Of a stretch of DNA of 64,000 bases, positions 30,122-39,770 are shown one piece after another. The position numbers and the translations under genes were made by a program. Below the pieces are notes generated by a model, which was given only the letters and a program-made list of their open reading frames with translations, searched no databases and was not told where the DNA came from. The stretch is taken from the IMG/VR virus record IMGVR_UViG_3300025617_000007, positions 74,594-138,593 of that record. The stretch is one strand, 5' to 3'. Within the stretch, counting starts at the first letter, position 1. Each line of letters starts with the position of its first letter. This stretch comes from a virus.

Positions 30122-31680
30122 TGAATCAAAATAATTTACCATACAATAATAGAGTATTTTATTATGGAGAATGTATAGATAATAAAGACCCTGATGGTTT
30201 AGGTCGTATTCGTGCAATTTTAAAAAGTGAAAATACTGCAGATAGAGAATTAAGTACAGGTCAGGGTAATGGTTTACAAAAAAAAGATGAGTGGACTAGT
30301 AAAGACCCTTTTGTTATTAGACCTTTATTACCTGTATTTGTAAATACGATTCCTAAAGAAAAAGAATTCGTACACTTAATTTATTCTAATTCTGATGACA
30401 AGTCAAACAAGGATAAATTTTACATCGGTGGTGTACACTCAAGTTTGACGACATTAAATCAAGAACCTTATGAGTCTGCAGTGAAGAACGCAAACTTAGG
30501 TAGTCGTGATAAAGATAGAAAAAAATATAGAAATAAGTTAACAGGTGAAGAGACTGACCCTAAGACTAAAGGAGTTTATTCAAAACCTAACGATATTTCT
30601 ATTAATGGTAGAGGGAGTGCAGATATTATAATTCAAGATGATAGTGTTTTATTAAGAGCCGGTAAATTTAACACCAACCCAACACCTAACGTTTATCCTA
30701 TTGGTAACGACAACAGAGCCTTTTTACAATTAAGTAAATATAATGAAAAGATAGTTTACGGGGAACCTAAAAAATTTAAAAAGTTCAAGTTTGAGGACAA
30801 ACCAATAAAATTACTTATTGAGTACAATATTCAAAACCCTGAAAATAACTCAGATAGTTATACAGGTCAACTTTTTATTTACACATTACAACCCACAGAA
30901 AAAACAGGAACTCAAAACTTTACAATATCTTCGGATGTTGAGGCTGAGAAAAGTTTGTTTAAAACTTTTTCATTTAACGCTTTAAGTAAAAGTAAAATAA
31001 CTGAGTTGGTAAATGCTGTTTTACAAGGCATTTGTGAAGGTTTAATACCTTATATGAAAGATATTAGTCCATCCATACAACCTGAAGGTCCGTTTGGTAT
31101 AGATAAAGGATTAAGTTTTCCTTTTTACTTTAGACCTCAACAATCACTTTATGATAAATTAAAATCCGATACCACTCCCACGTCTGAAAAATTATTCATA
31201 ACTAACCTTATGTCAGGGATTAAGATTAACGAATCTGACGCAAATGGGGGTTATGGTTTGGTTTACGATGACACTAAGAGGACTACGGTACCTTACGTTG
31301 CCGAAGATAATAATGTGATACCAAAAAATGTATTACCTATTAATAATACTGCGGCTCTAATGGGTGGTGATTATCTTTATCTATTATCTCATAAATCAAG
31401 TAATTCAGGTGGACAAATTAATTTAAGTGATACTTTATATGGGGTTGGAAATAGAATTGTTAGTGATGAAATTGAACCAAAAACTTCATCAATGGTAAGA
31501 GGTGAGGAACTTATAGAATTACTTGACTTGATTGTTCAATTTTTAGTGGGACATGTTCACCCTTGGCATGGTATGATACCTGATGGTACTTCAGTTAATG
31601 GAGTCAGTGTTGAAAACATACTTAAGGAATTAAGAAATGCAAATCAAAAGATATTAAACAAGTATATTCGTATAAACTAA
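30121..31680 (+). CDS. Baseplate hub/central spike, gp5/gpV-like
   Basis: OB-fold start YYGECIDNKDPDGLGRIRA; C-terminal RGEEL...GHVHP metal-binding tip motif. Confidence 0.65.
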   Translation: MNQNNLPYNNRVFYYGECIDNKDPDGLGRIRAILKSENTADRELSTGQGNGLQKKDEWTSKDPFVIRPLLPVFVNTIPKEKEFVHLIYSNSDDKSNKDKFYIGGVHSSLTTLNQEPYESAVKNANLGSRDKDRKKYRNKLTGEETDPKTKGVYSKPNDISINGRGSADIIIQDDSVLLRAGKFNTNPTPNVYPIGNDNRAFLQLSKYNEKIVYGEPKKFKKFKFEDKPIKLLIEYNIQNPENNSDSYTGQLFIYTLQPTEKTGTQNFTISSDVEAEKSLFKTFSFNALSKSKITELVNAVLQGICEGLIPYMKDISPSIQPEGPFGIDKGLSFPFYFRPQQSLYDKLKSDTTPTSEKLFITNLMSGIKINESDANGGYGLVYDDTKRTTVPYVAEDNNVIPKNVLPINNTAALMGGDYLYLLSHKSSNSGGQINLSDTLYGVGNRIVSDEIEPKTSSMVRGEELIELLDLIVQFLVGHVHPWHGMIPDGTSVNGVSVENILKELRNANQKILNKYIRIN

Positions 31681-31701
31681 GTATTTATATTAAAAGAATA
31701 T

Positions 31702-33171
31702 ATGTCAGTTTATAAATCATATTTTAGTAGAAACAATACCTTAGTTTATAATTCTTACGCAAACACGGGTAAAAATCCTATCGTAGAGTTATTTTTCGGT
31801 AGAGTAGATAACGTATTATTACCTAAAGGTTTTAGTCGTTTTATTTTCGATATAGATTTAGAATCTTTAACAAAAAAAGTTAACGATGGTGAAATATCAA
31901 TAGAGTCAGGTTGTACTCGTAATATGACACATAAACTAAAAATGGTTAATTCTTCAGCATTTGATAAAGAATTGTTAAATGATAAGTGGTCAAACGGAAG
32001 ACGTAGAGCAACATCATTTGATTTAGTATTATTCAGAATACCTAAATCTTTAGGTAATGAAGGTAATCCACAACCATGGGACGAAGGTGTAGGTTATGAC
32101 TACTATAACTTTAACCAATTGCCTACCGACAAATCTTACTCTGACAGACCATCAAATTGGTTTGAGGCTAAAACTGTGAATAATTGGTCATTACCTGGTT
32201 TATACGATAATGAAAACAATCAATCGACTTCAGGTCTTAACTTTTCAGGGTTAAATATTATCGATACTCAACACTTTGAATTTGGTAATGAAGATATTGA
32301 GTTCGATATGACAGATGAGATTAATAATATCTTAACAGGGTCAACAACAGGTGTTACAGGATGGGGAATAGCATTCTATCCTGAAGTTGAAAATATTACA
32401 GGTTTAACCGAAAATTATTCTGTAGGTTTTTTCTCTCGACACACACAAACATTCTACGAACCATATTTAGAGACTAATTACGATGACTTAATTCAAGATG
32501 ACCGTAATATATTTTACACTGAAAAATCTAATAAATTATATCTTTATAGTTACAAATTTGGAATACCTCAAGACTTCGATGAAAACCCTACTGTTGACAT
32601 ATTAAAATCCGATGGTTCTCCTTTATTAGTTAATTTAGAAACTTGTAAGGTAACTAATGGTGTTTATGAAGTTGAGGTTAGTGGAATTACTTCCACTTCA
32701 ACCCCTTGTATGTATTATGACGTATGGAAAGGATTAATTATTGATGGTACGACCATAAACTCAGTTGAAAATGAATTTGTACTTAACGATTTATCTGAAC
32801 TATATCAAATAGGTTCAACAACTAATGAACCGTCAATATATGGATTTGATTTCTACGGTATCAAACAAGATGAAAAGATTTTAGGGTCAGATACTCGTAA
32901 AGTTAGTGTAATAATTAAAAAGGCATATACGACTAATGAAGTTTTAAGTAAAGTTAAAGCATATTATAGGATTTATGTTAGAGAAGGAAAAACAGAAGTC
33001 CAAGTTCAAGATTGGACACTACTTAACCGAACACCTGATGGGTATTATTTCATTTTTAATACTGACGATAAGATACCAAATGAATATTTTATTGATTTAA
33101 AAGTAGTTACAGATAGAGAAGTGAATACTTATAAAAGAGAACTTAAGTTCCAAATAGTAAATAGAAAATAA
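31702..33171 (+). CDS. Putative virion structural protein
   Basis: 489-aa beta-rich ORF after TATTTATA (31682), next to the spike gene. Confidence 0.55.
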   Translation: MSVYKSYFSRNNTLVYNSYANTGKNPIVELFFGRVDNVLLPKGFSRFIFDIDLESLTKKVNDGEISIESGCTRNMTHKLKMVNSSAFDKELLNDKWSNGRRRATSFDLVLFRIPKSLGNEGNPQPWDEGVGYDYYNFNQLPTDKSYSDRPSNWFEAKTVNNWSLPGLYDNENNQSTSGLNFSGLNIIDTQHFEFGNEDIEFDMTDEINNILTGSTTGVTGWGIAFYPEVENITGLTENYSVGFFSRHTQTFYEPYLETNYDDLIQDDRNIFYTEKSNKLYLYSYKFGIPQDFDENPTVDILKSDGSPLLVNLETCKVTNGVYEVEVSGITSTSTPCMYYDVWKGLIIDGTTINSVENEFVLNDLSELYQIGSTTNEPSIYGFDFYGIKQDEKILGSDTRKVSVIIKKAYTTNEVLSKVKAYYRIYVREGKTEVQVQDWTLLNRTPDGYYFIFNTDDKIPNEYFIDLKVVTDREVNTYKRELKFQIVNRK

Positions 33172-33431
33172 TGAAAATAAAAATAACTGAACAGGAATTG
33201 ATGGAGATTATAACTCGTGTTATCAACGAGAAGAAAAAATCTAAGAAGAAAAAATCTAAGAAGAAAAAATCTAAAAAAGACACTACTCTTTGTTCGAGAG
33301 GTAAAAATGCCGCAAAGGCCAAATATGACGTGTATCCGTCCGCATACGCTAATGGATACGCGGTTCAAGTGTGTAAAGGTAAAATGCCGGGACTGGATGG
33401 TGAAAAAAGATGTTCGGGTAAGTATTGTTAG
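33171..33431 (+). CDS. Small basic protein with ITE/INE leader and Cys module
   Basis: MKIKITEQEL...VINE; KKKSK x3; KYDVYPSAYANGYAVQVC. Confidence 0.65.
   Translation: MKIKITEQELMEIITRVINEKKKSKKKKSKKKKSKKDTTLCSRGKNAAKAKYDVYPSAYANGYAVQVCKGKMPGLDGEKRCSGKYC
33231..33275 (+). repeat. 15-bp tandem repeat x3 (KKKSK)
   Basis: AAGAAAAAATCTAAG three times; last base of copy 3 differs. Confidence 0.9.
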
Positions 33432-33474
33432 ATTAAAAAATATTATCTACATTTGTAATATAAAACTAATTAAG

Positions 33475-33660
33475 ATGAACCAAACGATATACCAATTAAT
33501 TAAAGTTAAAAAAGACAATACTGAAAAAATTGTTTTAGAAACAGGCGCATCATCAATAGAGAGAGCTATGGATTATTTTTATTTTGAAAAACCAAGGGCT
33601 TATTCTAATAAGAAATATAGAATATCCATCAAACAAGAGGAACATAAAATAGTTAGTTAG
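33475..33660 (+). CDS. Small hypothetical protein (61 aa)
   Basis: Start MNQTIYQL, preceded by TTG-N20-TACATTTG (33425-33455). Confidence 0.55.
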   Translation: MNQTIYQLIKVKKDNTEKIVLETGASSIERAMDYFYFEKPRAYSNKKYRISIKQEEHKIVS

Positions 33661-34205
33661 GTTAATTTACTAATCACCCATTTATAACCAACATCACCAC
33701 CGTGAGATAACCAATCAACATACTCGGTATGTTTTTCAGGTCTACCCTTAAATCCCTCGTTAAGTGTTACAGAAGTCTTTTTAGAATCAAAAAAACTTTT
33801 TAATCTCATCATCTCTTCTTTGGTTATAACTTTCTTATCAATCAATTTAAGAGAAAATTTATTGACATTTTTAGACTTTTTACCGTAAAAAATACCCTTC
33901 TTCATCTCATTTATAACAATTTTAGGTATTAGGTATTTATCATTATTTTCAAATACGACTATTTTAAGGTCGTCAGAACCTTTAATTACTCTATGGTATG
34001 TCTCTTTAGGTATAAAGTATTTTTCACCTTCTCGTAGGACCTGAGGTATCTCCTCGTCCATTTGTAGTCTCCATTCACTTCCTGACTCAACAAAAACTAT
34101 ACGGTCAAATTTGTCTTTATGCCATTTTAACTCATCGTTATCTACAGATTCAGAAAACACTCTTCTGAATTTATTATGTGATATATTTTCTTGTGTATAA
34201 ATCAT
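33657..34205 (-). CDS. Cupin-like domain fused to RxKxFFD...GG..W module
   Basis: LKWHKD...W.LQMD...YFIPKETYHRVIKG; C-terminal MRLKSFFD...DWLSHGGDVGYKW. Confidence 0.55.
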   Translation of the reverse strand: MIYTQENISHNKFRRVFSESVDNDELKWHKDKFDRIVFVESGSEWRLQMDEEIPQVLREGEKYFIPKETYHRVIKGSDDLKIVVFENNDKYLIPKIVINEMKKGIFYGKKSKNVNKFSLKLIDKKVITKEEMMRLKSFFDSKKTSVTLNEGFKGRPEKHTEYVDWLSHGGDVGYKWVISKLT

Positions 34206-35086
34206 TACCAATATCTCCCCGATACATTTTTACCAAAATCTTTATGTGCTCTACACGCCCAATAACCCGCCTTTGTCTTATCCTTTTTCTTAGCACATTG
34301 GTGTCTCGCAGCAAATGATTTACGAGCAGCAGGGTCATTCCATTTGGCGGTCATCACAGGAGAACCATAAGATACCTTCTTAATCTTACCTGTCTTAGGA
34401 TTACGTACATATACATACCATTTCTTTGAACCACCTGATTTAGGTTTGTTCAATTCAACGTCCTTACCCTGATACTCCGCTTCATTAATCATCGGATAAT
34501 CCAAAGGTAATCTCTCACCTTCATAGATAAAGAACTTACCCAAATCACTTTCTAAAAGTCTGTTATCTTTTTCTCTATTATAATGTCCTTTCTCCTTGAG
34601 TTCTCTCGCCTCATTAATGACGGAGAAGTATTTATCACTACCTCTACGGAAAATATTTTCAGATAAAGAAATGCCGTTATCAATATGGTACTGCAATTCT
34701 TCGGAAACTTCATACTTTATTTCGTTATATTCTTTTAATATTTTTTTAATAATATTAGTGTCGACTGATTCTTTTTTGTAATTTTTAACTTTAATTCGTG
34801 TAGGCTTTTGACCTTTACCTGTTTGAGGGTCCTTTTTTTCTTTTTCCCTCTTTCTACGACAAGCAGAATCTTTTTCTTTTTGAGACATTTTACCAGCAAC
34901 ACCTGCACCTCGACATACAGGGTAACCTCCTTTATCCGCATCTTTACGACCACAAGGAGGGTGACCTCCACCTTTTTTCTTTTTACAAATGTTTACCCAC
35001 GGTCCTTTAGGTTGTGAAGAACCTTTCTTCTTTTTTTTCTTACCAAACCATACTGATAAATCTTCTGATAAAATATATTCACTCAT
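34205..35086 (-). CDS. Basic multi-module head-associated protein
   Basis: LSE|DLSVWF...GPWVNIC...PPCGR; INE|AEYQGKDVELNKP...ARHQC...AGYWAC. Confidence 0.6.
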   Translation of the reverse strand: MSEYILSEDLSVWFGKKKKKKGSSQPKGPWVNICKKKKGGGHPPCGRKDADKGGYPVCRGAGVAGKMSQKEKDSACRRKREKEKKDPQTGKGQKPTRIKVKNYKKESVDTNIIKKILKEYNEIKYEVSEELQYHIDNGISLSENIFRRGSDKYFSVINEARELKEKGHYNREKDNRLLESDLGKFFIYEGERLPLDYPMINEAEYQGKDVELNKPKSGGSKKWYVYVRNPKTGKIKKVSYGSPVMTAKWNDPAARKSFAARHQCAKKKDKTKAGYWACRAHKDFGKNVSGRYW

Positions 35087-35165
35087 ACTTGATTATTATA
35101 ATACTTTTATTATCTATTAGATAAATATAACTGAGAATAAACTTTTCACTTAAATAAGAAAGAAA

Positions 35166-35567
35166 ATGGCAAGAGCAAAAAAAACAGAAGAGTCGGAAGA
35201 GACAAAAAAACCGACAACACGTAAGACAAGAACTAAATCAACAGAGAAAAAACCTGTTGAGGAAGTAGTAAATGAAGTATTGGAAGATAAACCTGATGAG
35301 AATACATCTTCTGAGGACCAACCTCAACCAATTGGGTCTTTATTTAATACAATCAATTACAATAACACTGCGGATTTAGACCGTTTCATTAGTGACCTAA
35401 CACCTGACCAAGCACTATACTGTGTTGTACAGGCCGCAAGAGCTGCTCACCAAAGAAGTGCGTATGGAATTGAAGAATCTGAAGTTATTTCAAAAGCAAT
35501 CAGAGTGTTAACAACACCTCAAGAACCTCAACAAGATGTTCCTGAACCTGAAGTTCACAAAGCTTAA
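35166..35567 (+). CDS. Hypothetical protein with basic N-terminal tail
   Basis: 133-aa ORF followed by a terminator. Confidence 0.6.
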   Translation: MARAKKTEESEETKKPTTRKTRTKSTEKKPVEEVVNEVLEDKPDENTSSEDQPQPIGSLFNTINYNNTADLDRFISDLTPDQALYCVVQAARAAHQRSAYGIEESEVISKAIRVLTTPQEPQQDVPEPEVHKA

Positions 35568-35584
35568 TTAATTAAACTTTATTG

Positions 35585-35610
35585 AAGGGGACTTAATTGT
35601 CCCCTTTTTT
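35585..35610 (+). terminator. Rho-independent terminator
   Basis: AAGGGGAC-TTAATT-GTCCCCTT followed by a T run. Confidence 0.8.
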
Positions 35611-35814
35611 ATGCAAAAAACTATGGATATAAAAGATATAAGTTCAAGAATTTATAAATTATCGTCAGAAATTACAAAGGCAGTCATAAATGGTCATAAA
35701 GCACACGACCATGATAAATTTAGAGAACATCGTAGAGAGTTGGTTGAATTACGGTGTCAGTATTTTGGTAAGGATTCTAAACTATGTAAAAATGAAAGAA
35801 AAAATTTTAGGTAG
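35611..35814 (+). CDS. Small hypothetical protein
   Basis: 67-aa ORF. Confidence 0.45.
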   Translation: MQKTMDIKDISSRIYKLSSEITKAVINGHKAHDHDKFREHRRELVELRCQYFGKDSKLCKNERKNFR

Positions 35815-36363
35815 TTAATTATAAAAGAAATAACCAAAATCAATTATATCAATTGAAACGTAGTAATTGTTTTCGTTCTCAATTACATATGTTCCCATAA
35901 TCATAGTATGTCCTTTAGTGTCTGAATTTGTGTTGAAAAGTATTTCATTATGTTGTTCTGAAGATTTAAAACTATTAATTACCTGATTAACAAACTTATC
36001 ATAACTCTCAAAACCCCACACATCTACACACACTTCACCAATACCATATTTTAATCTAGTGGTATCAATATTGTTAATCAATCCATACTCTACTCTAATA
36101 GAGTTAATAATATCTTTTACGTCACTTTTTGGTATGTTTGGGTGAAACAGACTATCTTCTTCCGAGATAATAGTGGAAACTTTTTTACTATACCCTAAAC
36201 CGAAGTCTAATGAGAGGGATAGGGTATCAACACCATTTTGAATACGAATTTGATTAACCTTTTTTACAAGTAATTTAGAAAATACAACATTATCGAACGT
36301 ATTTTGGGAGTATACATTTAGACCGAATAATAAAGTTGTTAAGATTAATAGTATTTTTTTCAT
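35815..36363 (-). CDS. Secreted CAP (SCP)-domain-like protein
   Basis: Signal peptide MKKILLILTTLLFGLNVYSQ; VNQIRIQNGVDTL...FKSSEQHNEIL. Confidence 0.6.
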   Translation of the reverse strand: MKKILLILTTLLFGLNVYSQNTFDNVVFSKLLVKKVNQIRIQNGVDTLSLSLDFGLGYSKKVSTIISEEDSLFHPNIPKSDVKDIINSIRVEYGLINNIDTTRLKYGIGEVCVDVWGFESYDKFVNQVINSFKSSEQHNEILFNTNSDTKGHTMIMGTYVIENENNYYVSIDIIDFGYFFYN

Positions 36364-36367
36364 ATAA

Positions 36368-36398
36368 CAAATATACGAAAAATAATGTAAACCACAAA
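36368..36398 (-). promoter_or_regulatory. Bacteroidota-type primary sigma promoter
   Basis: Minus strand TTTG-N19-TATATTTG. Confidence 0.7.
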
Positions 36399-36401
36399 AT
36401 A

Positions 36402-37919
36402 TTATGCGATGTTAAGGTCTTTAATTCTTCCATAAATAGTTCCAGCAGGAACCCCTTTATTTCTGTAATCGTTGTCCTCATTCTTAAAGAATAAGTCAAA
36501 AATATCAAAGAATTTCTTCAAATCAATTCTTACATCACCATACATATCACCATTTCTTATGGTTTTATTACGTATTTTATTTTTTCTAGGACCACCATTT
36601 CTCCACAAATCATATTTTTGTAACATTGGAAATGCTGATGAATATATATCTTCTAAGCTAATACTTTTTATGTAATCAAATTTTTCTCGTCTATTATTAA
36701 TTGATTTTACCTTTTTAATTACATCACCTAAGTTACTCGCGATTGGTAATAAATCACCAACATCGTTTAATAACATTTGTTTAGTATCATCTTTACTATC
36801 ATCAATACGCGGTAATTTCCCCTTTTTATACATCTGCAATCTACTACTTACCAACGATTCTCTTTCTTGTTGAACGGTACTAGGTCTAATAACTACTTTA
36901 TTATCCACTACTTTATCACCACAAGCATCTAAAGTTAATAATAACCCATCATTTTTACCTGGTTTATTATCATAAACCACCTCACCATTTTTAACTATTT
37001 TAACTCTTGGTAAATCTTTATGTGCTCGACTAGTGACAGATATAAACCATATGTTAATAAGTCCTTTACCTTGTTTAACAATATTTTTTGATTGTTCATT
37101 TGTAACTGTAAATGTATCAACCCTTGTGCCCTTAATGTCACCATCTTTATTTGACCCATATTTTTTACTTATGTAACCATACGCAGGATTAACTAACTGA
37201 GCAGGTAATTTAGGTTTACCTGAAATGTTGTGATATGTTATATTAGTGTCCGCGTTATTTAAATTAGCCGTTTTACCACCCTCACCATTTAATAACAATG
37301 TATCGTTGGCAAATAAGAAAAATTCAGCATTATTACACTCGTGAGATGGGACCCAAACCTTTATTTCAAGTCCTGTAACACAATCTAGTGTTATTATAGA
37401 GACAGGCTTTTTTTCACCTATCGCCTTTATTGTAAAATTTGAAAATTGTTCTTCTGTGTAATTATCATCTCTAGGATTGTCTTCACCTTGAGTATATTTA
37501 GTTGAACCTATAACTGGTTCATTAACTACTATTTTAACATCTTGTAGAATATCAGACGCATTTTTTTCTAAATAGTTTTTTAATGTTTCGGCTCTTTTTT
37601 TAGATAAATAACCTGGGTCGACTTTTTTCTTTGGAGTTACCTCAGCATCGTAGTTAGTTACCTGTGATTCCCCTGAATTAATTTCAACTTGTATAACACT
37701 ACCTTTATTCTTTTCTTTAAATGTTCTAATTTTTTGAATTGCATCATCAATTTTTTTAACATTCTCAGGTATTTTCCATTTACCCGATTGAAAAGTATCC
37801 GCAATGTCTATTTGTTCAGTGGGTTTATCTTGTTCAGTGGGTTTATCTTGTTCAGTAATAATTCTACGAACAATATTTTCTAAATCTGACTCAGTTAGAC
37901 GTATTATTTTTTTAGACAT
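36402..37919 (-). CDS. RLTESDL-leader protein with OmpA-C-like domain
   Basis: MSKKIIRLTESDLENIVRRIITEQ; TFQSG...VEINSGES...LSKKRAETLKNYL. Confidence 0.55.
   Translation of the reverse strand: MSKKIIRLTESDLENIVRRIITEQDKPTEQDKPTEQIDIADTFQSGKWKIPENVKKIDDAIQKIRTFKEKNKGSVIQVEINSGESQVTNYDAEVTPKKKVDPGYLSKKRAETLKNYLEKNASDILQDVKIVVNEPVIGSTKYTQGEDNPRDDNYTEEQFSNFTIKAIGEKKPVSIITLDCVTGLEIKVWVPSHECNNAEFFLFANDTLLLNGEGGKTANLNNADTNITYHNISGKPKLPAQLVNPAYGYISKKYGSNKDGDIKGTRVDTFTVTNEQSKNIVKQGKGLINIWFISVTSRAHKDLPRVKIVKNGEVVYDNKPGKNDGLLLTLDACGDKVVDNKVVIRPSTVQQERESLVSSRLQMYKKGKLPRIDDSKDDTKQMLLNDVGDLLPIASNLGDVIKKVKSINNRREKFDYIKSISLEDIYSSAFPMLQKYDLWRNGGPRKNKIRNKTIRNGDMYGDVRIDLKKFFDIFDLFFKNEDNDYRNKGVPAGTIYGRIKDLNIA
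37812..37856 (-). repeat. 18-bp tandem repeat x2.5 (TEQDKP)
   Basis: TTGTTCAGTGGGTTTATC repeated. Confidence 0.9.
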
Positions 37920-37952
37920 AATATATTTGTTTAATTATAAATATCTGTAAAT

Positions 37953-37980
37953 AAAAAAAGGGGACCAAATGGTCCCCTTT
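37953..37980 (-). terminator. Terminator after the major capsid gene
   Basis: AAAGGGGACC-AAAT-GGTCCCCTTT with an A run on the left. Confidence 0.85.
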
Positions 37981-38000
37981 AATATTGGAATTAAGATATA

Positions 38001-39743
38001 TTATCTTAATGAGTTCAAATCAAATGTTCTAACTCCATCAACGATGATTCTTCCGTAGAATCTGTTGTTCACCATCTTCTTAGCGTATCTGGTCATGATA
38101 CCTTTGATTGGTGTAAAGTTGAATGGGTTATACATTGTTGGTGTCAACTGTAATGGTACGTATGGTGCGTAAACGTAACCTGTATCCAATAGAGAAGAAC
38201 CTTTATGACCCATCAATACAGTGTTTGGTGGGAAGTAAGGGTCACGGTAAACTTGATATCTACCTGATAACGTACCTACTCTCTCAATACCCATGTTGTA
38301 TTGGTCTTGGTCTGGTGCTGCGTTTGATACGTGGAAGTATTCCAAGTCATCAAAGATTGCTGAAATTTCAGAAGAAACTACAATCCAGTTAGCTCCACCT
38401 CTTAATGTTGATTTGTGAATTTGAGCTGAGATTTGGTTAATCGCAGTAATTAACGTTTGGTTCCAATCTTTTTGGTTGTAATTTACTGACCCGTTAGCCA
38501 CTCTTTTCCAACCGTTGTAATCCCAACGTAATGTCCATGCTGCACCTTTTCTCAAGTCTCTTAAGATTTCACGGTCAATTTCTGCCGCAACTTGTTCAGA
38601 CAATAAAGCTGTCAATTCAGCTTCAGCGTCGATGTTGTGGAATGCAGAAACGTCTTGTGCTAATTCTGGAGACCATTGTGCTCTTAGTTTTCTTTCTGTT
38701 ACAGAAACTGTTACTGACTCAAGGTCAAATGAAACTTCACCGATTCTATCTTCGAACTCCATATCTTTGTAGATTCTGTAAGTTGCGTTGAATGAAGGTG
38801 CTCCACCTGTGTAAGATACTCCTTCGTAACCATCTAATGATGTTGTTCCAATTGCCACTGGTGAAGATACGTCAACTGATAAATAAATTTTACCATCAGC
38901 AGTACAGATATCATCATACTTACCACCAGGGAATGCTGTAGGAGCTTCCTGACCGTATTGTACGATACCTTTACCGTATTTCTGAGTAACAACATTAAAG
39001 TTATAGAAAGTAGAACCCGCTTTAACTTGTAATGAAGATAAGAACTCTTCAGTATCCATTTCGTTACCGTTAGGTCCGATTAATTTACCTGCTCCGTCAG
39101 ATTGGAAATTTGATAATTCAACCAATACCGCTCTAACTTCAGTTTGTGCAGTGTAGAATGCATTAGCACCTGTATCAGTTAATGAAGAACCGTCCCAAAT
39201 CACATTAGTTAAACCCGTTGTGATTGCAGAATATGCACCTTTAGAGTAGTCGAATAAACCTGCTGGGTCTTCAGCTGGTTCAGCACCTTCGTAGAAACGG
39301 TCATACAAGTTTTTATCACCTGCACTGTAACCTGCCTCAGTACTACCTGTGTTACCAGGTGCACCGTAAGGTTGATAGTGACTGGATAAACCATCGACAG
39401 TCGTTCTGTTTTGAATTTTAGGTACGAAGTAGAACAATTTACCGATTGGTAAGTTCATAGCTTGTACTGATACGATATCATTAGCTAATAATTTAGAGAA
39501 AACTCTTCTAATGATAGGGAAAACAACTGTTTCAAATGAACCTGAGTTATCTGATGCAGATGCTTCGTTGATTAAGTGAGATGCTTGGTTTTCATACAAT
39601 TGTGCCATGTTCTCTTTAGTGTGACCTTTAAGTCCTTCTAGGAATCCTAATTTATCCCATTTGTTGATTGTGTCTTCTTTGATAACTTTCAAGTGCTTAA
39701 GACCGATGTTACCAACTAGACCTGATTCTAATAATGCTCCCAT
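38001..39743 (-). CDS. Major capsid protein, T4 gp23-like
   Basis: VSVQAMNLPIGKLFY, TERKLRAQWSPELAQD, EIDREI, YAPYVPL, GIMTRY; predicted cleavage LINE60|A61. Confidence 0.95.
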   Translation of the reverse strand: MGALLESGLVGNIGLKHLKVIKEDTINKWDKLGFLEGLKGHTKENMAQLYENQASHLINEASASDNSGSFETVVFPIIRRVFSKLLANDIVSVQAMNLPIGKLFYFVPKIQNRTTVDGLSSHYQPYGAPGNTGSTEAGYSAGDKNLYDRFYEGAEPAEDPAGLFDYSKGAYSAITTGLTNVIWDGSSLTDTGANAFYTAQTEVRAVLVELSNFQSDGAGKLIGPNGNEMDTEEFLSSLQVKAGSTFYNFNVVTQKYGKGIVQYGQEAPTAFPGGKYDDICTADGKIYLSVDVSSPVAIGTTSLDGYEGVSYTGGAPSFNATYRIYKDMEFEDRIGEVSFDLESVTVSVTERKLRAQWSPELAQDVSAFHNIDAEAELTALLSEQVAAEIDREILRDLRKGAAWTLRWDYNGWKRVANGSVNYNQKDWNQTLITAINQISAQIHKSTLRGGANWIVVSSEISAIFDDLEYFHVSNAAPDQDQYNMGIERVGTLSGRYQVYRDPYFPPNTVLMGHKGSSLLDTGYVYAPYVPLQLTPTMYNPFNFTPIKGIMTRYAKKMVNNRFYGRIIVDGVRTFDLNSLR

Positions 39744-39770
39744 TTTAGTATTTTTTAATTAATTTTAATT

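Noticed and set aside
33217-33474. 5' extension of the 147-aa ORF 33217-33660
   Set aside because: It overlaps the 86-aa gene in another frame across a repeat; the promoter position supports a start at 33475.
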